From NCBI GenBank assembly GCA_951406725.2, contig OX597840.1, positions 36,704,001-36,768,000 on the forward strand: 64,000 bases of DNA, written 5' to 3'. The notes under the pieces are model-generated. The model was not told the origin of the DNA, searched no databases, and worked only from the letters and a program-made list of their open reading frames with translations. Source of the stretch: Octopus vulgaris (lineage: Eukaryota). Below, one piece after another: positions 53,748-64,000 of this stretch; the first letter of the stretch is position 1; each line of letters begins with the position of its first letter. The position numbers and the translations under genes were made by a program.

Positions 53748-54409
53748 AAGAGAGAGAGAGAGCAGCATTACAACTGGGCAGATATTTATTTCAGTTGAGA
53801 GAATTTGAATAACGTGAACTGAACGGCGTCGCCGGTTCACGAATAAAAACCATGTCATTAAGATCACAAATCCCAAACACTCAATATATGCATGCGTGTG
53901 AGTGTGTGGATGTGTGCGTAAATGTGGATGTGCGTGTGATCAATATAAAATGAGACAACACTGAAAAACAACCAACTGAAAATGGTCTTTTAGACATGGA
54001 ACGTACCACACCAGCTTATAGGAGAAACAGCGTAGTTTCGACGCTCTGGTGTCCGAAGGCTCGGTCCCAAGGAGGAGCTACTATTCTAGATGCATCAGTG
54101 ATGATAAAGCACCGTTGAGGCAGTAGTCGCTAAAGGACTTGTTTACCAACAAGTATAGTCATTTTACTCATACAGAAAATCAGAGTTGTTCCCTGGGACT
54201 CTGAAGCGCGTCGAAACCGTGCTGGTTCAAGTCCGTCACGGCTGATGTGAGGTGTTCTATATTTTATTGTCGCTCTCTGGTAGACATTTTCTTTTATCTT
54301 TCTTTTGACTATAGTTTCATATATTATTACTTATACAAATATTCATAGATACTTATAAATGTATATGTGTATATGATGTATATACGTACGTATACACACA
54401 CTTAAATAA

Positions 54410-54530
54410 AGTTAATCCAAACAAGAAAGCACAAAAAACACAACAATGCAAGGGCGTGGAACAAATATAGTATTATTGGACGCTCAGGAAAGAAGGAAAG
54501 AAGGAGGTTTAACGTTTCGAGCGGAGCTCT
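54410..54530 (-). mobile_element. Family E PLE-type terminal repeat, truncated in stem II of the hammerhead
   Basis: Near-identical to 60641-60753. Confidence 0.8.
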
Positions 54531-55100
54531 ATATATACTTATATATATATATACATACATGCATATATATATATATATGATGTATATACGTACACACACA
54601 CATACACACACACATATATATATATATACATACATATATTTATTTATATATATACATATATACATATATATATATACATACATATATATGTACATACATA
54701 CATATATATATATACATATATACACACACACATATATATACATGCATATATATATATGATGTATATAAGTACACAACCATTTATATATATACACATATAC
54801 ATACACATATATACATACATATAAATACATACATATATATACATATAAATACATACATATATATACATATATATATATACATATATATACATATATATAT
54901 ATACATATATACACATACATATATATATATATACATATATACACATACATATATATATATACATATATACACATACATATATATATACATACACATATAT
55001 ATACGCACATATATATACATACATATACATACATATACATACATATACATAATACACATGCATATACATACACACACACACACACGCACATATATATACT
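54530..55100. repeat. (TA)/(CATA)n compound microsatellite
   Basis: Direct observation. Confidence 0.95.
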
Positions 55101-56621
55101 TATGCTTGTATTTGTAGATCTGCTTGTATATCTTTCACAGTTTTAGCTAATTCTGTCCAATTACCTAGCGAACTCTCTCCCTGCCCCTCCCCTTCACTCT
55201 CTCCACCTCAATCTGATATCTTCACTCTCTTTCCTTCCTCGCCTTTATTAATGTTACTCTCCTCCTCTCCTTCTCCTAGAAGCAATATCTCATCAAAATT
55301 ACTCTCCACATCAAACTTGTTTCTTTGTGTGTTTTTTTTTACGTTTGTTTTTTATTATTTAATTATTATTCTATTTGATTTCAGTTTTTATTGTGTTAAT
55401 TAAATTTAATTATTTAGAATTATTCATGACAAAAATCAGTTATCGATACCAGAAAAAAAAAATGAAAAAATGAAAAAGGAAAGTAAAAAAAAACAAACAA
55501 CCTAAATAATTCCCTCTCCACCGAAAAATAAGAAAACCAACAAAAATCTCATCAATTCAATATAGAAAATTAAACATTTCTTTTTTTCTTTTTTTAGTAA
55601 TTATTCAATTAATTAATTAATTATATTATATCTCTCTTTTTCATTAAAAGCCTCGTCGTATTTAATTTACAGATATGCATAATGATGTGACTTGTTAGTG
55701 TGTGTGGGGGGTGGGGAGTGGGGCGGGGGTAATTAAGCTTCGGGCTTGCCGCATCGTTGACGCTATTCAAAAGTTCTTTCACTGTTTTTTTTTCTTTGCT
55801 GTTGTCTTGTGCAACACCTTGTGCAGTTGCAATCGTTTGTTGTTTAGCCCCAGGAACCTTGTTTAAACAGACCTGTGATCAAATATGATCAAATAGGGTC
55901 TTCGAACCGTCCTCCTCCTACTCATCCTTTCATCATGTCCGTCCCTTTTCGTCAAAATAATTGAGGGAGGCCATACAGGATAATGTAGTACTCGTTACGG
56001 TTTCCGATAGAAATGAAGGAAACGTCACAGTTAGAACTGATAAGATCTAATGTTCGCTGAGCCACACAGGACCGAGGGCTAAACAATACACATATTCATG
56101 GTTTCCATGACGTCACTGTAACCGTCTCCAATCTCTGATTCACAAAATTTCTGTATCTTCTCTTTTGTTTCGCTACCGTAATCGCCATTAGTGTCGTGCT
56201 ACCCCCATTCAAACACCCGTTCGTACTCCTCTCGTACCTCTATCGAGTCTATGTACTCTCAGTTCTCGAACTAATAACCGTCTGTTGTCCTTCTCCACCA
56301 GAATATTACACCTCAGGAACATTTCTTCCCTGCACATTCTCTGCTCGCAACGGCCACTGAAATCATTCTCAATTACTTAAAAACTGGACAACACCTTAAA
56401 ACGTTTACTCCAAGATACAAAATGTCTGAACAAAATACAGAGCACATTACATTAGATCGTTCTAGATGCACTGTCAGATAATGTACTCCTCAGCAAACTG
56501 ACTGACTGACTGACTGACTAATAATAATAGTAATAATAATAATAATAATAATGATAAAAGGGCGCGGGGAACTATTCAGGTATATTTGTGTGCGAGTGAC
56601 GAATATTATTTTGGGTTTACT

Positions 56622-56930
56622 TAAGGCGGGAAGCTGGCAGAAACGTTAGCAGGCCGGGCGAAAAGCTTAGTGGTATTTCGTCTGCTGCTACGTTCTGAGT
56701 TCAAATTCCGCCGAGGTCGACTTTGCCTTTCATCCTTTCGGGGTCGATAAATCAAGTACCAGTTACGCACTGGGGTCGATATAATCGACTTAATCCGTTC
56801 GTCTGTCCTTGTTTGTCCTCTCTGTGTTTAGCCCTTTGTGGGTAGTAAAGAAATAGGTATTTCGTCTGTCTTTACGTTCTGAGTTCCAGTTCGGCCGAAG
56901 TCAACTTTGCCTTTCATCCTTTCGGGGTCC
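56622..56930 (+). mobile_element. SINE family B followed by a partial tandem copy (56856-56930)
   Basis: GGTATTTCGTCTG...GCCTTTCATCCTTTCGGGGTC is repeated directly after the tail. Confidence 0.9.
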
Positions 56931-57309
56931 ATTACCTCGATTCCCGATTGCTACTTATGGAGAGAAATTTGGCTGCTATTTCTAGCAAGTGGTGTAGTTA
57001 GCCAGAGCTTCTATCGGTCCTGTTGATTTTGTCGTTTTTGTTGTCAGTCACACTGACGTCGTTAATCGATATTTAATCGATTTCTGATACTGGCAGAGAG
57101 CCACACAGTCTTTGAAGACTGTATCGATTCTATCGATACTGGTACAGCTACAGACACAGACACATACATTCGTACTATAATGATGCACACAAACACAGAC
57201 ACCTATCTATCTATACATGTATATGTACACTATACACACATATGTGTGTATATATATACATACACACACCACACACACACAACATATACATACATGCACA
57301 CATATATGC

Positions 57310-57353
<44 letters not shown>

Positions 57354-57499
57354 GTAACCGAAAACAACCTTCACTTGCAAACGCATGTATCGCGTTTTCA
57401 CTAATTGTTTTAGGGGTCTCTGTAGTTGGGAACAGATGTACAGCTTCCACCTCCGCTCCACACCTTCGTGTTAACAGAACACTGAGGGTTGGGCCGATC

Positions 57500-57790
57500 A
57501 GAACCTTGTGAGTGGATTTAGGAGACGGAAACCGAAAAAAGCCTGTCGTATATATTTATAATAATAATAATAATGATAATATATATATATATTTATATAT
57601 ATATATATACACATACATATGTGTTTCTCTGTTTTGTTCCACCACCACTAAACAACCGGTGTTGGTGTTTTTACGTCCTCTTAACATAGCGGTTCGGCAA
57701 AAGATCCCGATATAATAAGCGATGTAATAAGTACCTGTCTTGAAGAAATATTAAGCAAGGCCGCAATCTAATGACCGAAACACGTAAAAG
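57500..57790 (+). mobile_element. SINE family A, diverged, head missing
   Basis: CCTTGTGAGTGGATTT.G.AGACGGAAAC.GAAA.AAGCC.GTCGTATA...AGCGGTTCGGCAAAAGA. Confidence 0.75.
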
Positions 57791-59694
57791 TTAAATCCTA
57801 AAAGATGTAACGAACAGTATTCATTGAACTGGTACCGAAAGAATGTTATAATCGTCCGAATAATATTATTAACTGTGTTCAGCTTGCTTTGGTATAGATT
57901 GGTTAAATGGAGGATATTAGATATATGAGAGAGTTGAGGTAGAGCTTAACAGCATTGGTCAGTTGCGTTAAGACTGATCATTGGCTAATCTAGGAGTCTG
58001 CTCCGTGAAGAGGAAACACTGTCAGTTCAGTTGGGGTCGGGATTAAACAACGATTTCTTTAGTCGGGATTGAACCTGCGCTAAACTGTAACATCATAGTC
58101 AGTTAAAGGATGGAAATCAGGGGCAAATACCACCACCACCACCACCACTATCATCGTCGTCGTCAACACCATGAGCATCATCATCATCGTCGTCAAGTAC
58201 CACTTACAAAGGAAGGTGAGAATGGAGAGACAGGTTTTGTCTTGTGAAAGTTTAAAAAAAAAAGAAAGATGGGTGAATTTAGCAAAGATGGTGCGTGCGA
58301 GACACGAAACCACTTTGAGCATGATCCTGTAAATCAAAAGAAGAGAGAGAGAGAGAGAGAGCACTTTGCTCTCATGTGTCTATTCCCTCCCTGCCTGAGG
58401 TTACCGTGGTCTTTTACGTAGGCTTTTCTTTCCACGGATAAAACTAATCTTACTTTTTACATTTTTAAAACTCTTCTGTGATACACGAACCATTTTGTTG
58501 ATTTTTTTTCCCCGATCCCTTTTGATCAGAATTTTACTTTTTTCTTATTTTCCCCCTTTTTTCATTATCGAAAAGAAAAGCTCTACCATTTGTATTTGCC
58601 CACCCCCCTGTGTTCAGCCCTGTGTGGCCAATAAAGAAAGTTATCATTATCGTCGTCGTTGTCTTCCTCCTCCTCGTCGTCATTATAATCATCATCATCG
58701 TTTCATCATCATAAACGTCAACATCTTAACTCCCCCCCCATTATTATTATCGTGGTCGTCGTCTTAATCATCATCATCATGACCATCATCCTTATCATTA
58801 TCGCCATATTACAATCATCAAAACCAACGATAACGACTACGGAATCAACTGACTCTCGCCACAAATGTCCCCTTGCCTACAGAAGCCATCTTAAATATGT
58901 CACACATTCAGACGTACAAAGAAAGAATATAAAAATCAAAAATGTCTACTTGATTGGATGGCATTTACAATTACGCTCAAAACTACGGGGGAAGAGTGTA
59001 AAAACGCACGCATAAGATTGGGGATGATTAGAAAATGGAAACAGCTTTGAGCAAAGGTGGGAAGTGGCATAACTAGCACAAACTAATTATACAGGAGAAA
59101 AGAACTAAATAGGAAAGAAATAATAACAAAAATATATCAATAGGAAAAAGCTGAAATGTAATATGCACACATATTGTTAGGTGCATGTAATTGCAAGCGT
59201 GTATATCGAGTGAGAAAACGCCCATTTAAGTGTAAATGTATCAAGACATGACTGCATGAAACCAAAGAAAGAAATAGAAATAAAATGAAGGAACAAAGTT
59301 TAGACTGGAATAGAAACGCTTTGAGAATGAATCACACAGAATATATAAAGATGAAATATACGAAACGGGGTATGGCTTGGATATGAGGTATGACATATGC
59401 AAACAGCTGTATGTGTATACGTGTGATGGAGTGTGTGTGTGTGTATGTGTATAGAAGGCGACAAAAATAAGCAGATATAGGTTTCAAATTTGGGCTCAGG
59501 ACCATAAATTTAGGGATCACATCGACCACAATACCAAACTGTTACTTATTTTAGGAAAGTTAAAGACCAAGCTAAAAGACTAAGTCGACCTGCGCGGAAT
59601 TTAAACTCCAGACGTGAAGACATATGAAATGACGCTAAGAAATTCGTCCGGTCAGCTAAAGGTTCTCGATGCCTTAGAGAGGAGCATATGTAAA

Positions 59695-59791
<97 letters not shown>

Positions 59792-59844
59792 ATGAATATA
59801 TATATATGCGTATGTGCGTGTGTTTGTATATGTATATTCTTCTA

Positions 59845-60280
59845 TTCTTTTATTTGTTTCAGCCATTTGTCTGAGGCCATGCTGGAGCACCGCCTTTAGT
59901 CGAAAAAACCGACCCCAGAATTTATTCCTTGTAAGCCTAGTACTTATTCTATTGTTCTCTTTTGCCGGGCCGCTAAGTTACGGGGCCGTAGACACACAAA
60001 CATCGGTTGTCAAGCGATGGTGGGAGGACAAGCACAGACACACAAACATATATATATATATATATATATATATACATGCAAGACGGGCTTCTTTCAATTT
60101 CCGTCTACCAAATCCACTCGCAAGGTTTTGATTGGCCGGTGGCTATAGCAGAAGGCACTTACCCAAGGTGCGAAGCAATGGGACTGAACCCAGAACCATG
60201 GATGCAAGCTACTTACATGGATGTAAATAGCTTGCATCCATGTGGTGGGGATGCAAGCTACTCACCATACAGCCACTCCT
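59845..60280 (-). mobile_element. SINE family A, full length, with rearranged head
   Basis: Collinear with the 50370 copy; extra palindrome at 60197-60242. Confidence 0.9.
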
Positions 60281-60419
60281 GTCTTTATTTCTCTCTCACA
60301 GCGCAGCATCCTTTATTCCAGCCCCCCCCCCACACACACATCACATAAAAAAAGTGAGATGTATGAGGTGAATATATTTATTTCATTGGGAGCGGCGTCC
60401 ACCAGAGTTGCTTTCTGTA

Positions 60420-60625
60420 AATGTCTCAGAATTCTATCAATCGAGATCGCTAGCCACTAAACCTTTCTTCATTTTCTCTCCCTGTTTATTTCTGTCTTCC
60501 TTTCTGTTGCAGAGCATAGGCTCGAAACGTAAAAGACTTTCTCACTTCCCGAGCATTAAACTAATATAACTATTTGTTGTTTACACATCCGTCTTCGTCT
60601 TTTGTATTTTTGGTAAATTCTCACT
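60420..60625 (+). mobile_element. Family E2 PLE-type terminal repeat with minimal type I hammerhead-like motif (60500-60535)
   Basis: CTTT-CTGTTGC-A-GAGC-ATAG-GCTC-GAAA-CGTA-AAAG; core deviates from CUGANGA. Confidence 0.65.
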
Positions 60626-60640
60626 ATATATATATATATA

Positions 60641-60838
60641 GTTAATCCAAACAAGAAAGCACAAAAATACACAACAACGCGAGGACGTGGAACAAATATA
60701 GTATTATTGGACGCTCAGGAAAGAAGGAGGGTTTAACGTTTCGAGCGGAGCTCTTCGTCGGAAACATAGGAGAAGGATAGATCCAGAGAAGGGAAAACAG
60801 AGGAAAAAAAATTGCCAACGATACACACGCGGTCACAT
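60641..60838 (-). mobile_element. Family E PLE-type terminal repeat with minimal type I hammerhead-like motif (60731-60765)
   Basis: GTTT-CCGACGA-A-GAGC-TCC-GCTC-GAAA-CGTT-AAAC; palindromic AACGTT stem III. Confidence 0.75.
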
Positions 60839-60840
60839 AC

Positions 60841-60901
<61 letters not shown>

Positions 60902-62065
60902 ATGTGTTTATGCGCACTGAATCACTTCGCTTGTGAATCAGAATATCAAATTGGAATTGTAATAAAGATGTTATGCGATTAAGAATGTGAGTTCATCGTC
61001 AACAAATTCGAGGGTAATAACCACTGACTAATAAATATTTGGTTTTAAATACAGCAAATAAAACCTCGTAATATTAAGTTTCTTTACTGTAACATCGTAT
61101 AAACAATACTACTGAGGAATAAAGTGTCAAAATAGATTATGTCTATTAGACAAATATATCATGGTAAAATGATAAAATATTAAAGGATAAAAAACTTGAA
61201 ATACTTTTCCAGTTTTGCCAGTTCTCATATTTGTCCAATACGTAGATGAGAACAATTCAGCCAAGATCTAAATGAACAAAGCAAACCAATTCATTCATCA
61301 ACATTGTCGCTGGCTGCAATTTGATTTCTCACTTTCTCTACCCAAATAAGTGTGTGTAAGGTAAGTTGCAATTAACACAGTTTACTTTATGAAACCCGTG
61401 ATAATTGACAAAATTGTGACACCAGTTAATGAAACGCTTCCCAGCTGTGACTGTTTCCTTTTGCTTTTAGGTTCAAGGAAAACATACACCAAGGCACAGT
61501 GTTGCATCTCAAATTGGGTTTCTGATTCGCTGTCAATACTTAACATTTAAATGGCGCTGGTTGTAGGAGATTTAGCTGATGGGTCTCTCTCTCTCTCTCC
61601 CTTTCTCTCTCTCTTTCTCTCCTTCTTCATCGTGGAATGAACTATATTTTCTACCTGACAGATTCTAACTGTCAATTGTATTTTATATTTTCAAGAGTGC
61701 ATCTTGGGTCAATAGAAATCAATATAAAAAAACTCCCCAAAATCATGATGTAAAAATCTTGGAAGATGAAAATGAAAATTAATATTTAAATGATTGACAC
61801 ATTCTGTCTGTTAAATAAACACTTTTCTTAGCTATTTATTCATCGGCGGGTTTTGGAGTATAATAAATATAATCGCCATACATACATACATACATACATG
61901 CACACACACAAACACACGGACACATACGCCTACACACACAAGCACACATACGCACATACACGTATGCCTTTATGCGTGCATAATGTTTTAAGAGCTATTG
62001 AATACACATCTATATACACACGATGTATATGCAATGATTTAATATCAATACAAACACACACAGAC

Positions 62066-62096
<31 letters not shown>

Positions 62097-62209
62097 TGTA
62101 TGTATGTATGTATGCACGTATGTATGTATGTGTGTATGTATATGCCTGTAATAATAGATATATTGTTACAAACCTACTATATCGGTCTGACCGTCTAATT
62201 CAAGAGTGA

Positions 62210-62570
62210 CAGTGTTGTAAGAAGCTGGCTTCCGAAACACATGGTTCCGGGTTCAGTCTCACTACGTGGCAACTTGGACACCTCTCTTCTACTATAGACT
62301 CAGGCCGACCAAAGCCTTGTGAGTGGATTTGGTAGTCGGAAACTGAAAGACGCCCGTCGTATACACACACACACACACATGTATTTGTGTGTCTATGTCC
62401 GCCCACCATCGCTTGACAACTAAGGTCGGTGTGTTTATCTCCCCGTAACTTAGCGGTTCAACAAAATAGACCGATAGAATAAGTACTATGCTTACTAAGT
62501 CCATGGGTCGATTTGTTCGATCAGATGCGGTGCTCCAGCATGGTCGCGGTCAAATGATTGAAATAAGAAA
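62210..62570 (+). mobile_element. SINE family A, full length
   Basis: CACATGGTTCCGGGTTCAGTC...internal (CA)n...GGTGCTCCAGCATGG.CGC.GTCAAATGA.TGAAA. Confidence 0.88.
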
Positions 62571-62647
62571 AACTAAAAGAATAATTACGTTTATATGTTT
62601 GTTTTTCTTGATGTGATTCTTGATGTGAAACCGTGTGTTGAAACAGA

Positions 62648-62805
62648 TATTGCTGTATTTGGGGAATGGCCATGTTGCCAGTTTAGCCACTAAAAACACA
62701 CGCACTAAATAAAGCTGAAGCAAATTAACACCAAATATATAGTGCGTGTGTTTTATTGCTTTATTGGCCAAACTAGCAACATGACCATCCCCAAATACAA
62801 CAATA
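62648..62805. repeat. Fold-back inverted repeat (arms ~64/70 bp, 24-nt loop)
   Basis: 62648-62711 matches the reverse complement of 62736-62805 with a few substitutions and small indels. Confidence 0.9.
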
Positions 62806-62845
62806 AAATAATAATAATAATAATGATAATAATTATAATAATAAT

Positions 62846-62891
<46 letters not shown>

Positions 62892-62904
62892 TTATTAATA
62901 AAAT

Positions 62905-63060
62905 ATTAGGGAATAAATCCAAACTTACAGGGAAAAATCAGATTTAGGATTAAATCCAATTTTATAGTATAAATATATTATATTATATTATATTAAATTA
63001 GAGATAAAACCATTATTAGGCAAATCAAACAATGAATAACATAAGCCAATACATAAAATT
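62905..63060 (-). repeat. Family G repeat, second copy
   Basis: Reverse complement of 41958-42095. Confidence 0.75.
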
Positions 63061-63569
63061 AATTTAATTTATATTATTTTAAATATATATCAAAAGTATT
63101 AAAAGTTTAATAAAAGATAAAGAGTAAATATATATATATATATTATATATATTATATATATATATATATATTATCGTTTATTTATTTTATATATACATAA
63201 GTGTATGTGTGTGTGTGTGTGTATGTGTGTGTGTGTGTGTGCGGGCAAATACAGACACCACCATAAACCGCATTGACTCCCACCAACCTCCAAGAACATC
63301 TTGACAGCTTGTATCTTCATGTGGCACTTTACCAAATGAACACAAAGCCCATCACCATCACGGCTACACTAGCAGTCTATATGTTGTGTGAGTCGCTATC
63401 TCCGTGTGTGTATATTAGTATTCCTATATTTGTTTATACATATATATATATTTATATAATTCTTGTGATTATATATGAGAGCGCGTGTGTGTGTATGTGT
63501 GATTGTTTCGGATTATGTGTGTTATTGATGTAATCAAAGCTGAGATAAATAGTTCGGTTAATTATTAGT

Positions 63570-63812
63570 TCAGGAATCTCGACGTTTGATGTCTTTGTAT
63601 ATCTCGTATTGATCATTCGATAAAGATTTAATTCCAACGAAGCTAATGTTACCAGAGATGTGGTGCCACTGTTGTAGCAGGATTCTTAATCTGAGGTTTC
63701 CTAGCAAATGAGCAGGCAAACCTCTTGATGTAATGTTTATCAAACCTTTAACAACAAGGTTTTGAAGCTTCATTTGCAAAGAAAGCCTTTCCAAAGATCT
63801 TACAACAAATAT
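63570..63812 (-). CDS. Weak candidate coding exon, 80 codons, unknown product
   Basis: CTAAT...TATTTCAG| acceptor in phase 0 with an open frame IFVVRSLERLSLQ...LPAHLLGNLRLRILL...RRDS*; no recognised homology. Confidence 0.2.
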   Translation of the reverse strand: MFVVRSLERLSLQMKLQNLVVKGLINITSRGLPAHLLGNLRLRILLQQWHHISGNISFVGIKSLSNDQYEIYKDIKRRDS

Positions 63813-64000
63813 CTGAAATAATATTTTATTAGGTTGGTTTTATTGAAAATGTTTGAACCATATTTTTGCTTTTGAATGTTTTGGAGAATGTTTCGGTTTC
63901 ACTACGCAGTAACTTACGAAAACGTCCGCTACTATTGCCCCCGCCCCACGGGTTGACCAGTGATTTGTAAGTGAATTCGGTAGGCAGAATCTGCGTGGAA

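Noticed and set aside
54190-54250. Hammerhead built from CTGAAG...GAAAC or GAAA...CTGATG
   Set aside because: No consistent stem I, stem III and NUH site in any topology tried.

Overview
AT-rich, very repeat-dense eukaryotic non-coding DNA. Its tRNA-derived SINE families and abundant (CA)n/(TA)n/(TATG)n/(GAT)n/(TAA)n microsatellites look like an octopus genome (inferred from recognised repeat style, not a database hit). No intact protein-coding gene is visible, and nearly all ORFs in the supplied track are microsatellite or SINE translation artefacts. The window holds dozens of SINE copies from at least three families, decayed RLE-type non-LTR retrotransposons (R4/Dong-like, HERO-like), Penelope-like element (PLE) fragments, mariner and hAT remnants and non-autonomous Helitrons. 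Main observations: (1) a PLE-associated hammerhead-ribozyme motif whose three strands are in a non-circularly permuted order, in two diverged copies with compensatory changes (40417-40480 with intact core; 18204-18268 with one core mutation); (2) a strong recursive-splice-like site (polypyrimidine-CAG|GTGAGT plus a 67-nt exon and downstream GTAAGT) on the minus strand near 29.6 kb, suggesting a giant intron; (3) several long fold-back palindromes; (4) modular head/tail swapping among SINEs. Repeat boundaries were estimated by eye and may be off by 10-30 nt.
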